IMG/VR virus record: IMGVR_UViG_3300045988_096839
Source: a virus
DNA length: 64,000 nucleotides
Reading direction: 5' to 3' (one strand)
Shown here: positions 9,490 to 17,407 of the stretch, one piece after another
Numbering within the stretch: the stretch's first letter is position 1
Layout of the letters: the number at the start of each line of letters is the position of its first letter
Notes under the pieces: generated by a model
What the model was told of the DNA's origin: nothing
The model's database searches: none
Seen by the model: the letters and a program-made list of their open reading frames with translations, nothing else
Translations under genes and position numbers: made by a program

Positions 9490-9621
9490 AAAAAGATAGT
9501 GTTATGTTCAGTCTTATTCTACAATCTTTTAGTAAATCGGTACTATCTTTTTATTTTACCCAAGCGTGGGTCGTCCTTATTCACTGTCCCTTGAATAGAT
9601 GAAAATTCTGAACATCTGTAA

Positions 9622-9656
9622 AGTATAATGGCTTGTGAAAGTCATTATACTTTTTT
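9622..9656 (+). terminator. intrinsic terminator closing the tRNA-Leu / small-RNA region
   Basis: 11-bp stem AGTATAATGGC / GTCATTATACT (one G-U pair), loop TTGTGAAA, followed by T6. Confidence 0.6.
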
Positions 9657-9878
9657 CATTAGAATAATCAAAGCGTTGATTAGACGCTCTTATACTATAT
9701 AAATGATTTTTCGTATAAATCTATTCTGATTTATACAAATTAACCTCTTGCGTTGTGAAACGCCTTTCCACTTGACAAATAAATATAAGTATATAGTCTT
9801 GGTAGGTCCATATAAATAGCACTTAACTGATGCAGTCTATATTACTTATTTAACTGATTATTCATTAAAAACAATTAT

Positions 9879-10016
9879 ATGGAAATATTTATGCAAGCAG
9901 TTGCCGCATTATTATTAATTATTGTAGTATTATTTGTCTTTGCAATGGTAGCAATATCAATAAAAAACAATAAAAATAATAATAATGACGATAATGATTT
10001 TATGATGCAATGTTAA
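9879..10016 (+). CDS. possible 45-aa single-pass membrane peptide
   Basis: The hand-found ORF MEIFMQAVAALLLIIVVLFVFAMVAISIKNNKNNNNDDNDFMMQC is below the ORF-track cutoff. It has a hydrophobic core followed by a polar tail. Confidence 0.25.
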   Translation: MEIFMQAVAALLLIIVVLFVFAMVAISIKNNKNNNNDDNDFMMQC

Positions 10017-10181
10017 TTAGATTTATAACCTAGCCACAGACAGTTACAAGCCTGTAAATCGTTTTTGAATAGGGAGTAATAAATCTACGTAGAAACTCAA
10101 GGATAAGAGTATAAAAATATCCAAATTTTTAACAATAGTTTAAATCCTCACACAAGATTACAGCATCAAAAGATGTAGCGT

Positions 10182-10385
10182 ATGAGTGTGAGGATTTCAA
10201 AAACATTTAATATGCTAAATATTATATTACTAATAAATTTAATATTATTGATATTTTCTTTAATATTAAATATGATTACATCGTTTTACGATCATTACAA
10301 ATTATCAATGATATCGGAATTATTGGTAATGTTTAATATATTTATCGAAATAATTTCCGTTATAATAATATTTATAATTCTGTAA
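10182..10385 (+). CDS. possible small hydrophobic protein (67 aa)
   Basis: ORF with two Ile/Leu-rich hydrophobic stretches. The composition could also arise by chance in AT-rich DNA. Confidence 0.3.
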   Translation: MSVRISKTFNMLNIILLINLILLIFSLILNMITSFYDHYKLSMISELLVMFNIFIEIISVIIIFIIL

Positions 10386-10438
10386 AAGCGATATAAACAA
10401 AAATAAATTTAGTGTTTAACCATTAAAAAAACAAAAAA

Positions 10439-10735
10439 GTGAAAATTTTTAAACTTATCACAAGCTACATTATTGGATTTGTAACCAGTGCATGGATTAT
10501 TATCCTTTGGTTACTCTTAGTAAATCCGTACTGTGATACTACAAATTTAGTTACTTCTGTCTTACCAGAAAACGTAAAAGTTTTCTTAGAAACAGATACT
10601 GGATTTACAGTATTACAATTGCTATTTTTAGCAACATTATTTGCCATACTTGTCTTATTTTATCTACAAGGATATAAAGAAGGAAAAGAAAAGTATGATG
10701 TAACAAAAAATATTAACGAAAGTAATAACAATTAA
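10439..10735 (+). CDS. membrane protein (98 aa)
   Basis: GTG start. Two clear transmembrane segments (IIGFVTSAWIIILWLLLV; LQLLFLATLFAILVLFYL). Confidence 0.45.
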   Translation: MKIFKLITSYIIGFVTSAWIIILWLLLVNPYCDTTNLVTSVLPENVKVFLETDTGFTVLQLLFLATLFAILVLFYLQGYKEGKEKYDVTKNINESNNN

Positions 10736-10750
10736 AAACTTATCAAAAGT

Positions 10751-11176
10751 ATGAAACATTACAATTTGACCATTTGTTTATTAGTAATTTTACTCATGTG
10801 TGTAACAATGTGTTGTAATAGACACAATCCACATGCACAACAGATTACTACCGAACAGGTAGATTCAGTTGACACAATCAAAATGACTCCTATGGAATCA
10901 GTAAACATGATGCTCGATATCAGAAAAGAAATGATTGAAAGCCACCATGTAGATTCAGTATACATGGCTATGCCAGAAGATATCATAACTCTGATTGTCT
11001 TTGACAATCCTGATTGTGACGTTTCCTGGGTAGTAAAACATTACGAAGAAAACATCGATTATTATACGGATGTATTGAAACAGAAGCAAAAGATAGAAGA
11101 TTATAAAAAACAACAATCTGAACCTGATACACTTCCAAACAAACCACATCCTGACATCAGTGTGAAAGAACTGTAA
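10751..11176 (+). CDS. secreted/lipoprotein-like protein (141 aa)
   Basis: N-terminal signal-like segment ICLLVILLMCVTMCC followed by a polar domain; TAA stop. A 9-bp GTGA-tetraloop hairpin follows at about 11198-11219. Confidence 0.5.
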   Translation: MKHYNLTICLLVILLMCVTMCCNRHNPHAQQITTEQVDSVDTIKMTPMESVNMMLDIRKEMIESHHVDSVYMAMPEDIITLIVFDNPDCDVSWVVKHYEENIDYYTDVLKQKQKIEDYKKQQSEPDTLPNKPHPDISVKEL

Positions 11177-11253
11177 TCATGTTTTAGTCATTATTGCACC
11201 GGTTCGTGAGAATCGGTGTAATATAAAATAAAAACGTCATCAGAAAATGACAA

Positions 11254-11364
11254 ACATGTGGGGTGTAAGTAATATTTTACATTTTATAAAGAAAAAGTGG
11301 ATTGTAAAGCTTTGTAAAATGCGTATCCATAAATATTATGATCATGCGGACGTTAAAATCATGT
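11254..11364 (+). repeat. module 3 of the repeated non-coding element family
   Basis: ACATGTGGGG ... CGGACGTTAAAATCATGT. It has the same 5-prime and 3-prime ends as 9391-9489. The closing pair is changed G-C to A-T on both sides. Confidence 0.45.
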
Positions 11365-11567
11365 ACTCCAATAAGATTGATTTGACAGCCTTTCTGCTTA
11401 TGAGTTAAAACTATAGTGAGAGTCATAAAACCTAATCTAAAAAAGCAATAAAAATAAAGGTGTAGAAGTCTAGCTAAAACAGTATGGTGTAACAAATAAA
11501 CAAATCCCTGCCATACCAGGGTCGTCGTCAACCAATTTATTAACCAAAACTTTAAAATTATGTAAGA

Positions 11568-11816
11568 ATGAAACGATTACTTAGGTCAATTTGCTTTTGG
11601 ATTTTAGATAAAACCAAGAGTAAAAAGAAGAATTCACCAATGTCTCAGATATTGGCTGAACAAGAATGTGTAGCAAATGGACATATTTGGAAATCAAAAC
11701 TTCATAGAAATGAAGGTCCATATGAAGTAAAAACAAAAGATCGTGTATATTGTGTACGTTGTGGACAAAAATATCATGAACATGTATACGATAACTCAGT
11801 AAAAACAACCGATTAA
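11568..11816 (+). CDS. small protein with Cys/His zinc-ribbon-like pairs (82 aa)
   Basis: CVANGH ... CVRCGQKYHEH; intact ORF with a TAA stop. Confidence 0.45.
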   Translation: MKRLLRSICFWILDKTKSKKKNSPMSQILAEQECVANGHIWKSKLHRNEGPYEVKTKDRVYCVRCGQKYHEHVYDNSVKTTD

Positions 11817-11839
11817 TAAACAATAAAATCATTATCAAA

Positions 11840-12241
11840 ATGGAAAAAATTATTATCTTCTCAGTACCATCTGATGCAGTAGATAACTGTACACTTGTCT
11901 CAAAACTCGATGAATTAATGAGTGAATTAGGTATTCATTCACACGTAATCATTTTAAATAAAGAAGATTTAGCATGTAATGCTAGACAAATTCATCCGAC
12001 AATAGTAATATTAAAAGATATTATTAAAACCTGTGGAACAGGTAAAAATCGTATCAATTTCAACGTAAATTTCTATCAAGCTCTTGCAAATGGATTTTAT
12101 ACATCTACTAAAGATGTAAAAATTATTCTCAATGAGATCGTTAAAGGTAAAAATATTCCAGAAATTATGGAATTTGCAAAAGCAAATGATATTTCATTTA
12201 TTTTTAAACTCGCCGAAGAAGCACTTGGAATGATGCGATAA
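11840..12241 (+). CDS. hypothetical protein (133 aa)
   Basis: Intact ORF with a TAA stop, in the plus-strand train. Confidence 0.5.
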   Translation: MEKIIIFSVPSDAVDNCTLVSKLDELMSELGIHSHVIILNKEDLACNARQIHPTIVILKDIIKTCGTGKNRINFNVNFYQALANGFYTSTKDVKIILNEIVKGKNIPEIMEFAKANDISFIFKLAEEALGMMR

Positions 12242-12362
12242 CTATGGGAAAAACGTACAAAGAAACTTCATGGAAGTCTAAAGACTTTGAAAAGAATCAA
12301 GCCATGAAAAAGAAACCGAAACATCGTAAGATGGATCCGTATAACAGAAAAAGAGTACAAAC

Positions 12363-12827
12363 ATGTTAAAAATCAATCAAAGAGTATTCTGTCCTTTACA
12401 TGAAACAATTGGAACGGTTTCGTGGATAGGAGAAGAAAATGGTGAATACCATGGAGATGTCTGTATCAAGACAGACAAAGGTTATAACGTATGGGTAGAT
12501 ACTGAAGGTAATATACCTCATACTAATGTATCTCTTGTAGAGAAATTACCTTTCGTATTGAATGAAAGAGTAATTGTAAGATTCAAAAACAAATCTCTAC
12601 ATTTTGGACAGGTAATAGATTTAATACCGAATAAAGAAGGCTTACGTTACAAAATCAAAGCTGAAAATGGTGATGTAATTGAAAAAATGCCTGAAGATAT
12701 TCTGTCAATGGAATCTTTACTTGATATAGCAATAACAAAACATAAAATGAATTACAATGATGGTTTAACCGAAACTATTATTGAAATCAAAAGTTATATT
12801 GCTAACGAAGAAGAAAACAAAGATTAA
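12363..12827 (+). CDS. hypothetical protein (154 aa)
   Basis: Intact ORF with a TAA stop. It is followed by an 8-bp hairpin, GTAGGGAG/CTCCCTAC, at about 12870-12893. Confidence 0.5.
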   Translation: MLKINQRVFCPLHETIGTVSWIGEENGEYHGDVCIKTDKGYNVWVDTEGNIPHTNVSLVEKLPFVLNERVIVRFKNKSLHFGQVIDLIPNKEGLRYKIKAENGDVIEKMPEDILSMESLLDIAITKHKMNYNDGLTETIIEIKSYIANEEENKD

Positions 12828-13131
12828 TTACTTGCCAGGTAATAAATAATGGTGGAACAAGCCTAAAGTAGGGAGTGAAATATCTCCCTACAAATTTAAA
12901 AAAAAACAAAAATGAAAAAGAAAGACATTAAAAAATTAGTAGGTATTTATCGGCAATGCGTCGGTGCACTAAAACTTGAAACAAGAACAAATCATTATTC
13001 TAACACAATTAAAAAGAAAATCAATAAATTGTGTAAAGATTATGAATTAACGCAACGTAGAGTTGCAATTGTGTAAAAAACAATTTCGTGTTAAATATCA
13101 AATTTTATTAACTTTTTAAATTATCAAAATT

Positions 13132-13599
13132 ATGAAAAATTTTATGAACAACTTCGGAATGATTGTAGGAACAATGTGTATGATGGCAGCAGAAGATGAT
13201 GCTTGTGCATCAGTAGACGGCTTCTCTCGTCCTAACAAGGAAATTATGGAACAGATTAAGAAAGAAGAAGAAGAACGTCTGTTCAACGAAAAAAAGAATG
13301 CTGCAAAGAATCAGATGGCAGAAGATGATTGCCGCCAGAAATACGAAGCAATTGATCTTCGTAAGAAACGTGCATATGCCAGAGCACAGGAAGATCGTCT
13401 GAAGAAACGTACCGAAGAAAACAGAAAATATCAGGAAGGTGAACTCGACACTGAAGTACATCGTCAGAATCTTGAAAAGATTCAGAATGAATACGAAGAA
13501 GCAATTCGTATTGCAGATCGTGAATTCAACAAAGCTTGTGACAATTTGGAAACAGCTGCCGGTACTGCCATGTATCGTAAAGTTACCAGAGGTTGGTAA
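13132..13599 (+). CDS. charged coiled-coil-like protein (155 aa)
   Basis: Intact ORF with Lys/Glu/Arg-rich heptad-like sequence; TAA stop. Confidence 0.5.
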   Translation: MKNFMNNFGMIVGTMCMMAAEDDACASVDGFSRPNKEIMEQIKKEEEERLFNEKKNAAKNQMAEDDCRQKYEAIDLRKKRAYARAQEDRLKKRTEENRKYQEGELDTEVHRQNLEKIQNEYEEAIRIADREFNKACDNLETAAGTAMYRKVTRGW

Positions 13600-14487
13600 T
13601 CTACGAACTATCCTAGAACAATGATTAATTCTACGTTCTAAAAGTAAGTGATTCTTATCATATGAGTACGGTTTAGCGACCTAGAAAATATTCCGGAATC
13701 ACTTATTTAAGATGAATTGACATCAACTATCCGTACTTTTATGTCAGTATAGTGGATAAAATTTATGCCAGACCAGTGCTTTAAAGGTCATGTTAGAGCA
13801 TCTCGTATCTTTGTATCAATGATGTAAGGCGTTATAGAATGGTTGCCTTTCTAACTAGTCTCGTAGACGAAAAACCTTTAAACAATCAATGTAATCAATG
13901 AATGCTTTATGCTTATAGTTCAATTGAGTCCCAATAATGGTGAGCACTTGCTATACATTGATAGTTATCAAGGCATTTCTTCATAATTCTAAAGTAATGA
14001 AAGTGCTTTTATGCCAAATAATTAAAATTTTAATAATAAAAGTGAACCGTAAATCGAATATTATTTAAATATATCGTAAGACCGTTGTATCCAAAAAATA
14101 TTATTATTATTTTAGTCATTATAATATTATTATAAAACTTTATATAAAATTAAAGTTAGCTTATATGCTATAGAAATATAAATTAATAATATTATACATT
14201 ACTTTAGAATTTCTATTTTTAAGTATAGTATCTTTGATTAGATACTATACTACATTTTAAGGTTATGCGGCATAAGGTCTACTGTTGTGTAATTATACGA
14301 CCTTGTAAAACTAAACAGAATAATATTACACTCGGACGAAATAGCGCTACGTCTAAAATGACTTATTTTAGTTTTTCAGTTTAATAAATCTCTAGTTCAA
14401 AAGATAGAACGAAGATATACTTGAAAGGATAAGAGATAATACAATATTAAAATATTGTACTCTTATAATAATATATAGATAACTGAA

Positions 14488-14630
14488 GGGGAAAGAGGAG
14501 AATTACTTTAAAAACTTGCGTTGTGCTCATAACACACGAGAAAACTGGTTGAAATCCAGTCATCCCCACTATATGACTGTTAGGTCATTATACAGTTGTT
14601 AAGACGAGGGTTCGACTCCCTCTAGCTCCA
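14488..14630 (+). ncRNA. tRNA-like element: Ala/tmRNA-type 3-prime domain without a canonical 5-prime half
   Basis: Perfect T arm GAGGG-TTCGACT-CCCTC followed by TAGCTCC-A, the tRNA-Ala/tmRNA-type 3-prime acceptor strand with U70. The upstream GGGGAAA could pair only at positions 1-4 (including G3-U70). There is a perfect anticodon-arm-like hairpin ACTGG-TTGAAAT-CCAGT at 14544-14560, but no D arm, and 45 nt separate that hairpin from the T arm. Confidence 0.3.
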
Positions 14631-14819
14631 CATTTTGATAACGTTATGCGGTAATTTACCTAAAAAGTAGCAAGCAAAAAACTAATGGACCTGTATAAAA
14701 ACGTTGCCACAATGCTAGTTTTTACAACTTATTTGGTTTTATCTTCAACGTGGATTCTGTATAACAGGTGCTAATACTCAAACTATAGAGTAATACTTTG
14801 TGAGAGTATTAGCAGTAAT

Positions 14820-14945
14820 GGAATATTAGTTTAATGGTAGAACAAAGCGTTTCGAAAGAATCGATGATTATGAATAACATTAAATTCAGCAAGAACGAAG
14901 TTATTATAATCCGCTTGAGCATGGGTTCGATTCCCATATATTCCA
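14820..14945 (+). tRNA. tRNA gene with a 55-nt insertion inside the anticodon loop (anticodon TCG/Arg if the canonical 37/38 intron position applies; isotype uncertain)
   Basis: Acceptor GGAATAT/ATATTCC (7 bp); D arm GTTT-AATGGTA-GAAC; anticodon stem AAGCG (14845-14849) / CGCTT (14912-14916); variable GAGC; T arm ATGGG-TTCGATT-CCCAT. There are 62 nt instead of 7 between the anticodon stem halves. Confidence 0.6.
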
Positions 14946-15324
14946 CGTCCATAATACAATACAGTTGTTATGGTTTTGTAGTGATTTTAAAATGTTTCAC
15001 GTTTGCACCATGTAAAAATAAACGTGACTATACTATCCGAACCGAAGGGGACAAAAAATCAGAGTAGTGGTGGAGATGGGCTACTCAATTGGGGCTATAT
15101 GGTTTTGATTAGCGATAAGATATAATGAATAGGTCATATAAATTGTCTAAATGGCAATAAATTTGTAACAGACTACACTCGTATTGCAGCGTAATACGAA
15201 CGTATGAGGTGTTCGCTACCAAGAAACAGAAAAGCGTGAATTTCATCTGTGCCCGCGAGATGTAAAAAGCTAAGCGTTGATTTAGTTGTAGGTAAGCTGA
15301 ATCGTAAAAAATAAACCTAATGAG

Positions 15325-15394
15325 GGTAGTATCATTCAAGTGGTTAGGAAGACGCTCTGAACGTAAAATGCGGGTTCGAATCCCGCTACTACTC
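15325..15394 (+). tRNA. aberrant tRNA-Gln-like gene (anticodon CTG) with a 3-bp anticodon stem
   Basis: Acceptor GGTAGTA/TACTACT; the U8 and D region TC-ATTCAAGTGGTTAGGAAG resemble bacterial tRNA-Gln (TC-GCCAAGCGGTAAGGC); T arm GCGGG-TTCGAAT-CCCGC. Only 18 nt lie between the D and T arms, giving ACG-CTCTGAA-CGT plus a 5-nt variable loop. Confidence 0.5.
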
Positions 15395-15426
15395 CATATT
15401 TAATCTAATTATCAAAATTAAATATC

Positions 15427-15621
15427 ATGAGAACTAAAAAACAAAAACAAGCATCTAGAAAAAATTTTGCATTATGTAGAGTAATAGGAATGCGTACAAA
15501 TTTAAAACAAATGTATAACCAAAATGAAAAAATAAACAATTTAATAAGACTTATATCATATAATCTTACTATTCTGAGTAATATGATATATGATTCTAAA
15601 ATAGAAGATTGGGATGAGTAA
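15427..15621 (+). CDS. possible small basic protein (64 aa)
   Basis: ORF just downstream of the tRNA with a Lys/Arg-rich N-terminus; it overlaps the next ORF by 8 nt. It could be spurious. Confidence 0.3.
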   Translation: MRTKKQKQASRKNFALCRVIGMRTNLKQMYNQNEKINNLIRLISYNLTILSNMIYDSKIEDWDE

Positions 15622-15913
15622 TCGTGGAAGACATAAAACCAAAAAATATCCAAAAAAATGCTATGATCTAGAATATTTTAATATATTCAAAAAAGCATTC
15701 ACTCCAAAAGAAGCAGAACTATTAATCCAAAGAATAAAAGAATATTCTGAACAATACGGATGGTCTCATCAAAGAGGAATAGTAAATCTAAAAGCATGGG
15801 AAAGAGATCCAGCATCTAACATTGCAACAATAGGATTTGATTGGGCTGCTTCAAAAGAAAGACATTCATATTGGGCTCAAAAAATATTTAAATTTATAGA
15901 ATTAAAATCATGA
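15614..15913 (+). CDS. hypothetical protein (99 aa)
   Basis: Intact ORF with a TGA stop, at the start of the long plus-strand train. Confidence 0.5.
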   Translation: MSNRGRHKTKKYPKKCYDLEYFNIFKKAFTPKEAELLIQRIKEYSEQYGWSHQRGIVNLKAWERDPASNIATIGFDWAASKERHSYWAQKIFKFIELKS

Positions 15914-15916
15914 AAA

Positions 15917-16222
15917 ATGAACGGTCTTAGATTAGCAATCAAAAACAATCTTCCAGAATCATGGGAGAAAGTATTACGAAAGCATCATATGCTTCAGAAA
16001 TTTGTTGAATACGCCTACCTTTCATTACCAGATTATATGAAAGGGTCTAGAAAACAGTATGCCACTGTTCGAAATTGGAAATTAGGACTAAATCGAATGC
16101 AACATTTATATAGAAATGCACCGATTTATAATTGTTTCCAAGGACAATATCTTAACATAGACGGTATTGATTGGACGCAATTGTGGGAAGAAATCAAACA
16201 ATACGAAGAAAACTGTAGATAA
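15917..16222 (+). CDS. hypothetical protein (101 aa)
   Basis: Intact ORF with a TAA stop. Confidence 0.5.
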   Translation: MNGLRLAIKNNLPESWEKVLRKHHMLQKFVEYAYLSLPDYMKGSRKQYATVRNWKLGLNRMQHLYRNAPIYNCFQGQYLNIDGIDWTQLWEEIKQYEENCR

Positions 16223-16223
16223 T

Positions 16224-16412
16224 ATGGAAATAATTCAGTATGTAAAATGGACCAAATCTGGAGAAAAAGATGAATTTCTCAGATTAGCAAAACAATATCC
16301 TGACAACAATGAGTTTATTCCTATTGCTGCAGAACATTTTCAAGTAGATAAAATGGATATTCGCGTAGCTTTACTACGATATAAAGAAGAAATCCAAAAA
16401 GTTCGTAACTAA
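16224..16412 (+). CDS. hypothetical protein (62 aa from the ATG at 16224)
   Basis: The in-frame ATG sits 1 nt after the upstream stop. The ORF-track start at 16167 would overlap the previous gene. Confidence 0.45.
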   Translation: MEIIQYVKWTKSGEKDEFLRLAKQYPDNNEFIPIAAEHFQVDKMDIRVALLRYKEEIQKVRN

Positions 16413-16425
16413 AAACTATCACAGT

Positions 16426-16896
16426 ATGCAAAAACAGAATTTAACAGCCGGAATGTTTATTGCACGAGGTCCGGAAGTAAACATCTTAATTCGATTAGTC
16501 GGTAAAGAACCGATGCTAGAAGTAAAAAGTGCAATTGATTTGAATAAATTCTATAACGAAGGAAAAGTTGTAGAATTGAAAAGAGATTCAATTGAAGTTA
16601 TTGACATCATGTCATATCCTGAAAAGTACGATTTTGAATCGCCATCAACAACAGCAACAATTTTTAATGAAAAAGGAATTGATTGTGATGTAGATCGCGA
16701 TGAAGAATCTATTACTGAAGAATTTACTGATACTTGCGTAAACAAGTTAAAATCATTCATTAATCTTACAATGGATACCGAACAAGCAGAAAATAAATTA
16801 GTTATCTGGCTTAAAAGAGAACATGCTTATTCGATCACCCAAGGCAGAGCTATCTTAAAAAAAGTAAAAGAAAAAATGATGCCAAATATAAAGTAA
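16426..16896 (+). CDS. hypothetical protein (156 aa)
   Basis: Intact ORF with a TAA stop. Confidence 0.5.
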   Translation: MQKQNLTAGMFIARGPEVNILIRLVGKEPMLEVKSAIDLNKFYNEGKVVELKRDSIEVIDIMSYPEKYDFESPSTTATIFNEKGIDCDVDRDEESITEEFTDTCVNKLKSFINLTMDTEQAENKLVIWLKREHAYSITQGRAILKKVKEKMMPNIK

Positions 16897-16899
16897 GAT

Positions 16900-17358
16900 A
16901 TGAACAGCTTAATTGATCTTGTTAATGAACTTAACAAACAATTACCAAAAGAATATCAATTTGTTTTAACCATGATTCATAGTACACCTCCAAAAGAAGA
17001 TGGAACCTATATACTTGAATTCTTAGGATGGGCAAATGATATTCAGAAAGATTATAAAGTTTATCCTGTGAATTTATATCATTTGTATAATAGACATATA
17101 CAAATGAGAAATGTATGTCGCTGGATAAATAATAAACTCTTCACATCAAGTTTAAATCAATTATTAAATGGCAGAAATCCGTTAAGAACAACAGAATTAG
17201 TCAGATTAAGAATTGCAACAAATTTAATCTTTAAACTTGATTTTTTAACAAAAGAAGAGAAAGAAGAATGGATGCAACATTTACACATTTTGTATTACAA
17301 TCGTCACAAAGCAATGAGTGATTATTATTTACAACGTATTGCACAATTACCATTCTGA
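16900..17358 (+). CDS. hypothetical protein (152 aa)
   Basis: Intact ORF with a TGA stop. Confidence 0.5.
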   Translation: MNSLIDLVNELNKQLPKEYQFVLTMIHSTPPKEDGTYILEFLGWANDIQKDYKVYPVNLYHLYNRHIQMRNVCRWINNKLFTSSLNQLLNGRNPLRTTELVRLRIATNLIFKLDFLTKEEKEEWMQHLHILYYNRHKAMSDYYLQRIAQLPF

Positions 17359-17363
17359 TTAGG

Positions 17364-17389
17364 TCTACGGTCATTGGGTTGACCGTAGA
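17364..17389 (+). promoter_or_regulatory. 10-bp hairpin presenting TTGGGT in its loop
   Basis: TCTACGGTCA-TTGGGT-TGACCGTAGA lies between the 16900 gene and the sigma-factor gene. It is related to the CGGTC-ATTGGTTGGGTA-GACCG hairpin at 23310-23331. Confidence 0.45.
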
Positions 17390-17407
17390 TCACTAAAATA
17401 AAAGCCT

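Noticed and set aside
14600-14630. I considered the tRNA 3-prime fragment as evidence of an integrative (attP) lifestyle.
   Set aside because: No integrase, excisionase or repressor is visible in this 64 kb. It is kept only as an alternative explanation in the finding for 14488-14630.
15063-15394. I considered a group I intron-containing tRNA using AGTAGTG at 15063 as an alternative 5-prime acceptor strand for TACTACT at 15387.
   Set aside because: The putative 5-prime exon lacks U8 and a matching anticodon-stem partner in the 3-prime exon. The compact 70-nt reading, with a Gln-type D arm directly upstream, is more parsimonious.
14834-15653. The ORFs 14834..15067, 15109..15339 and 15405..15653 lie in the tRNA island.
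   Set aside because: 14834..15067 begins inside the D arm of the interrupted tRNA and reads through it. 15109..15339 runs antisense into the tRNA-Gln-like gene. 15405..15653 is antisense to the plus-strand train.
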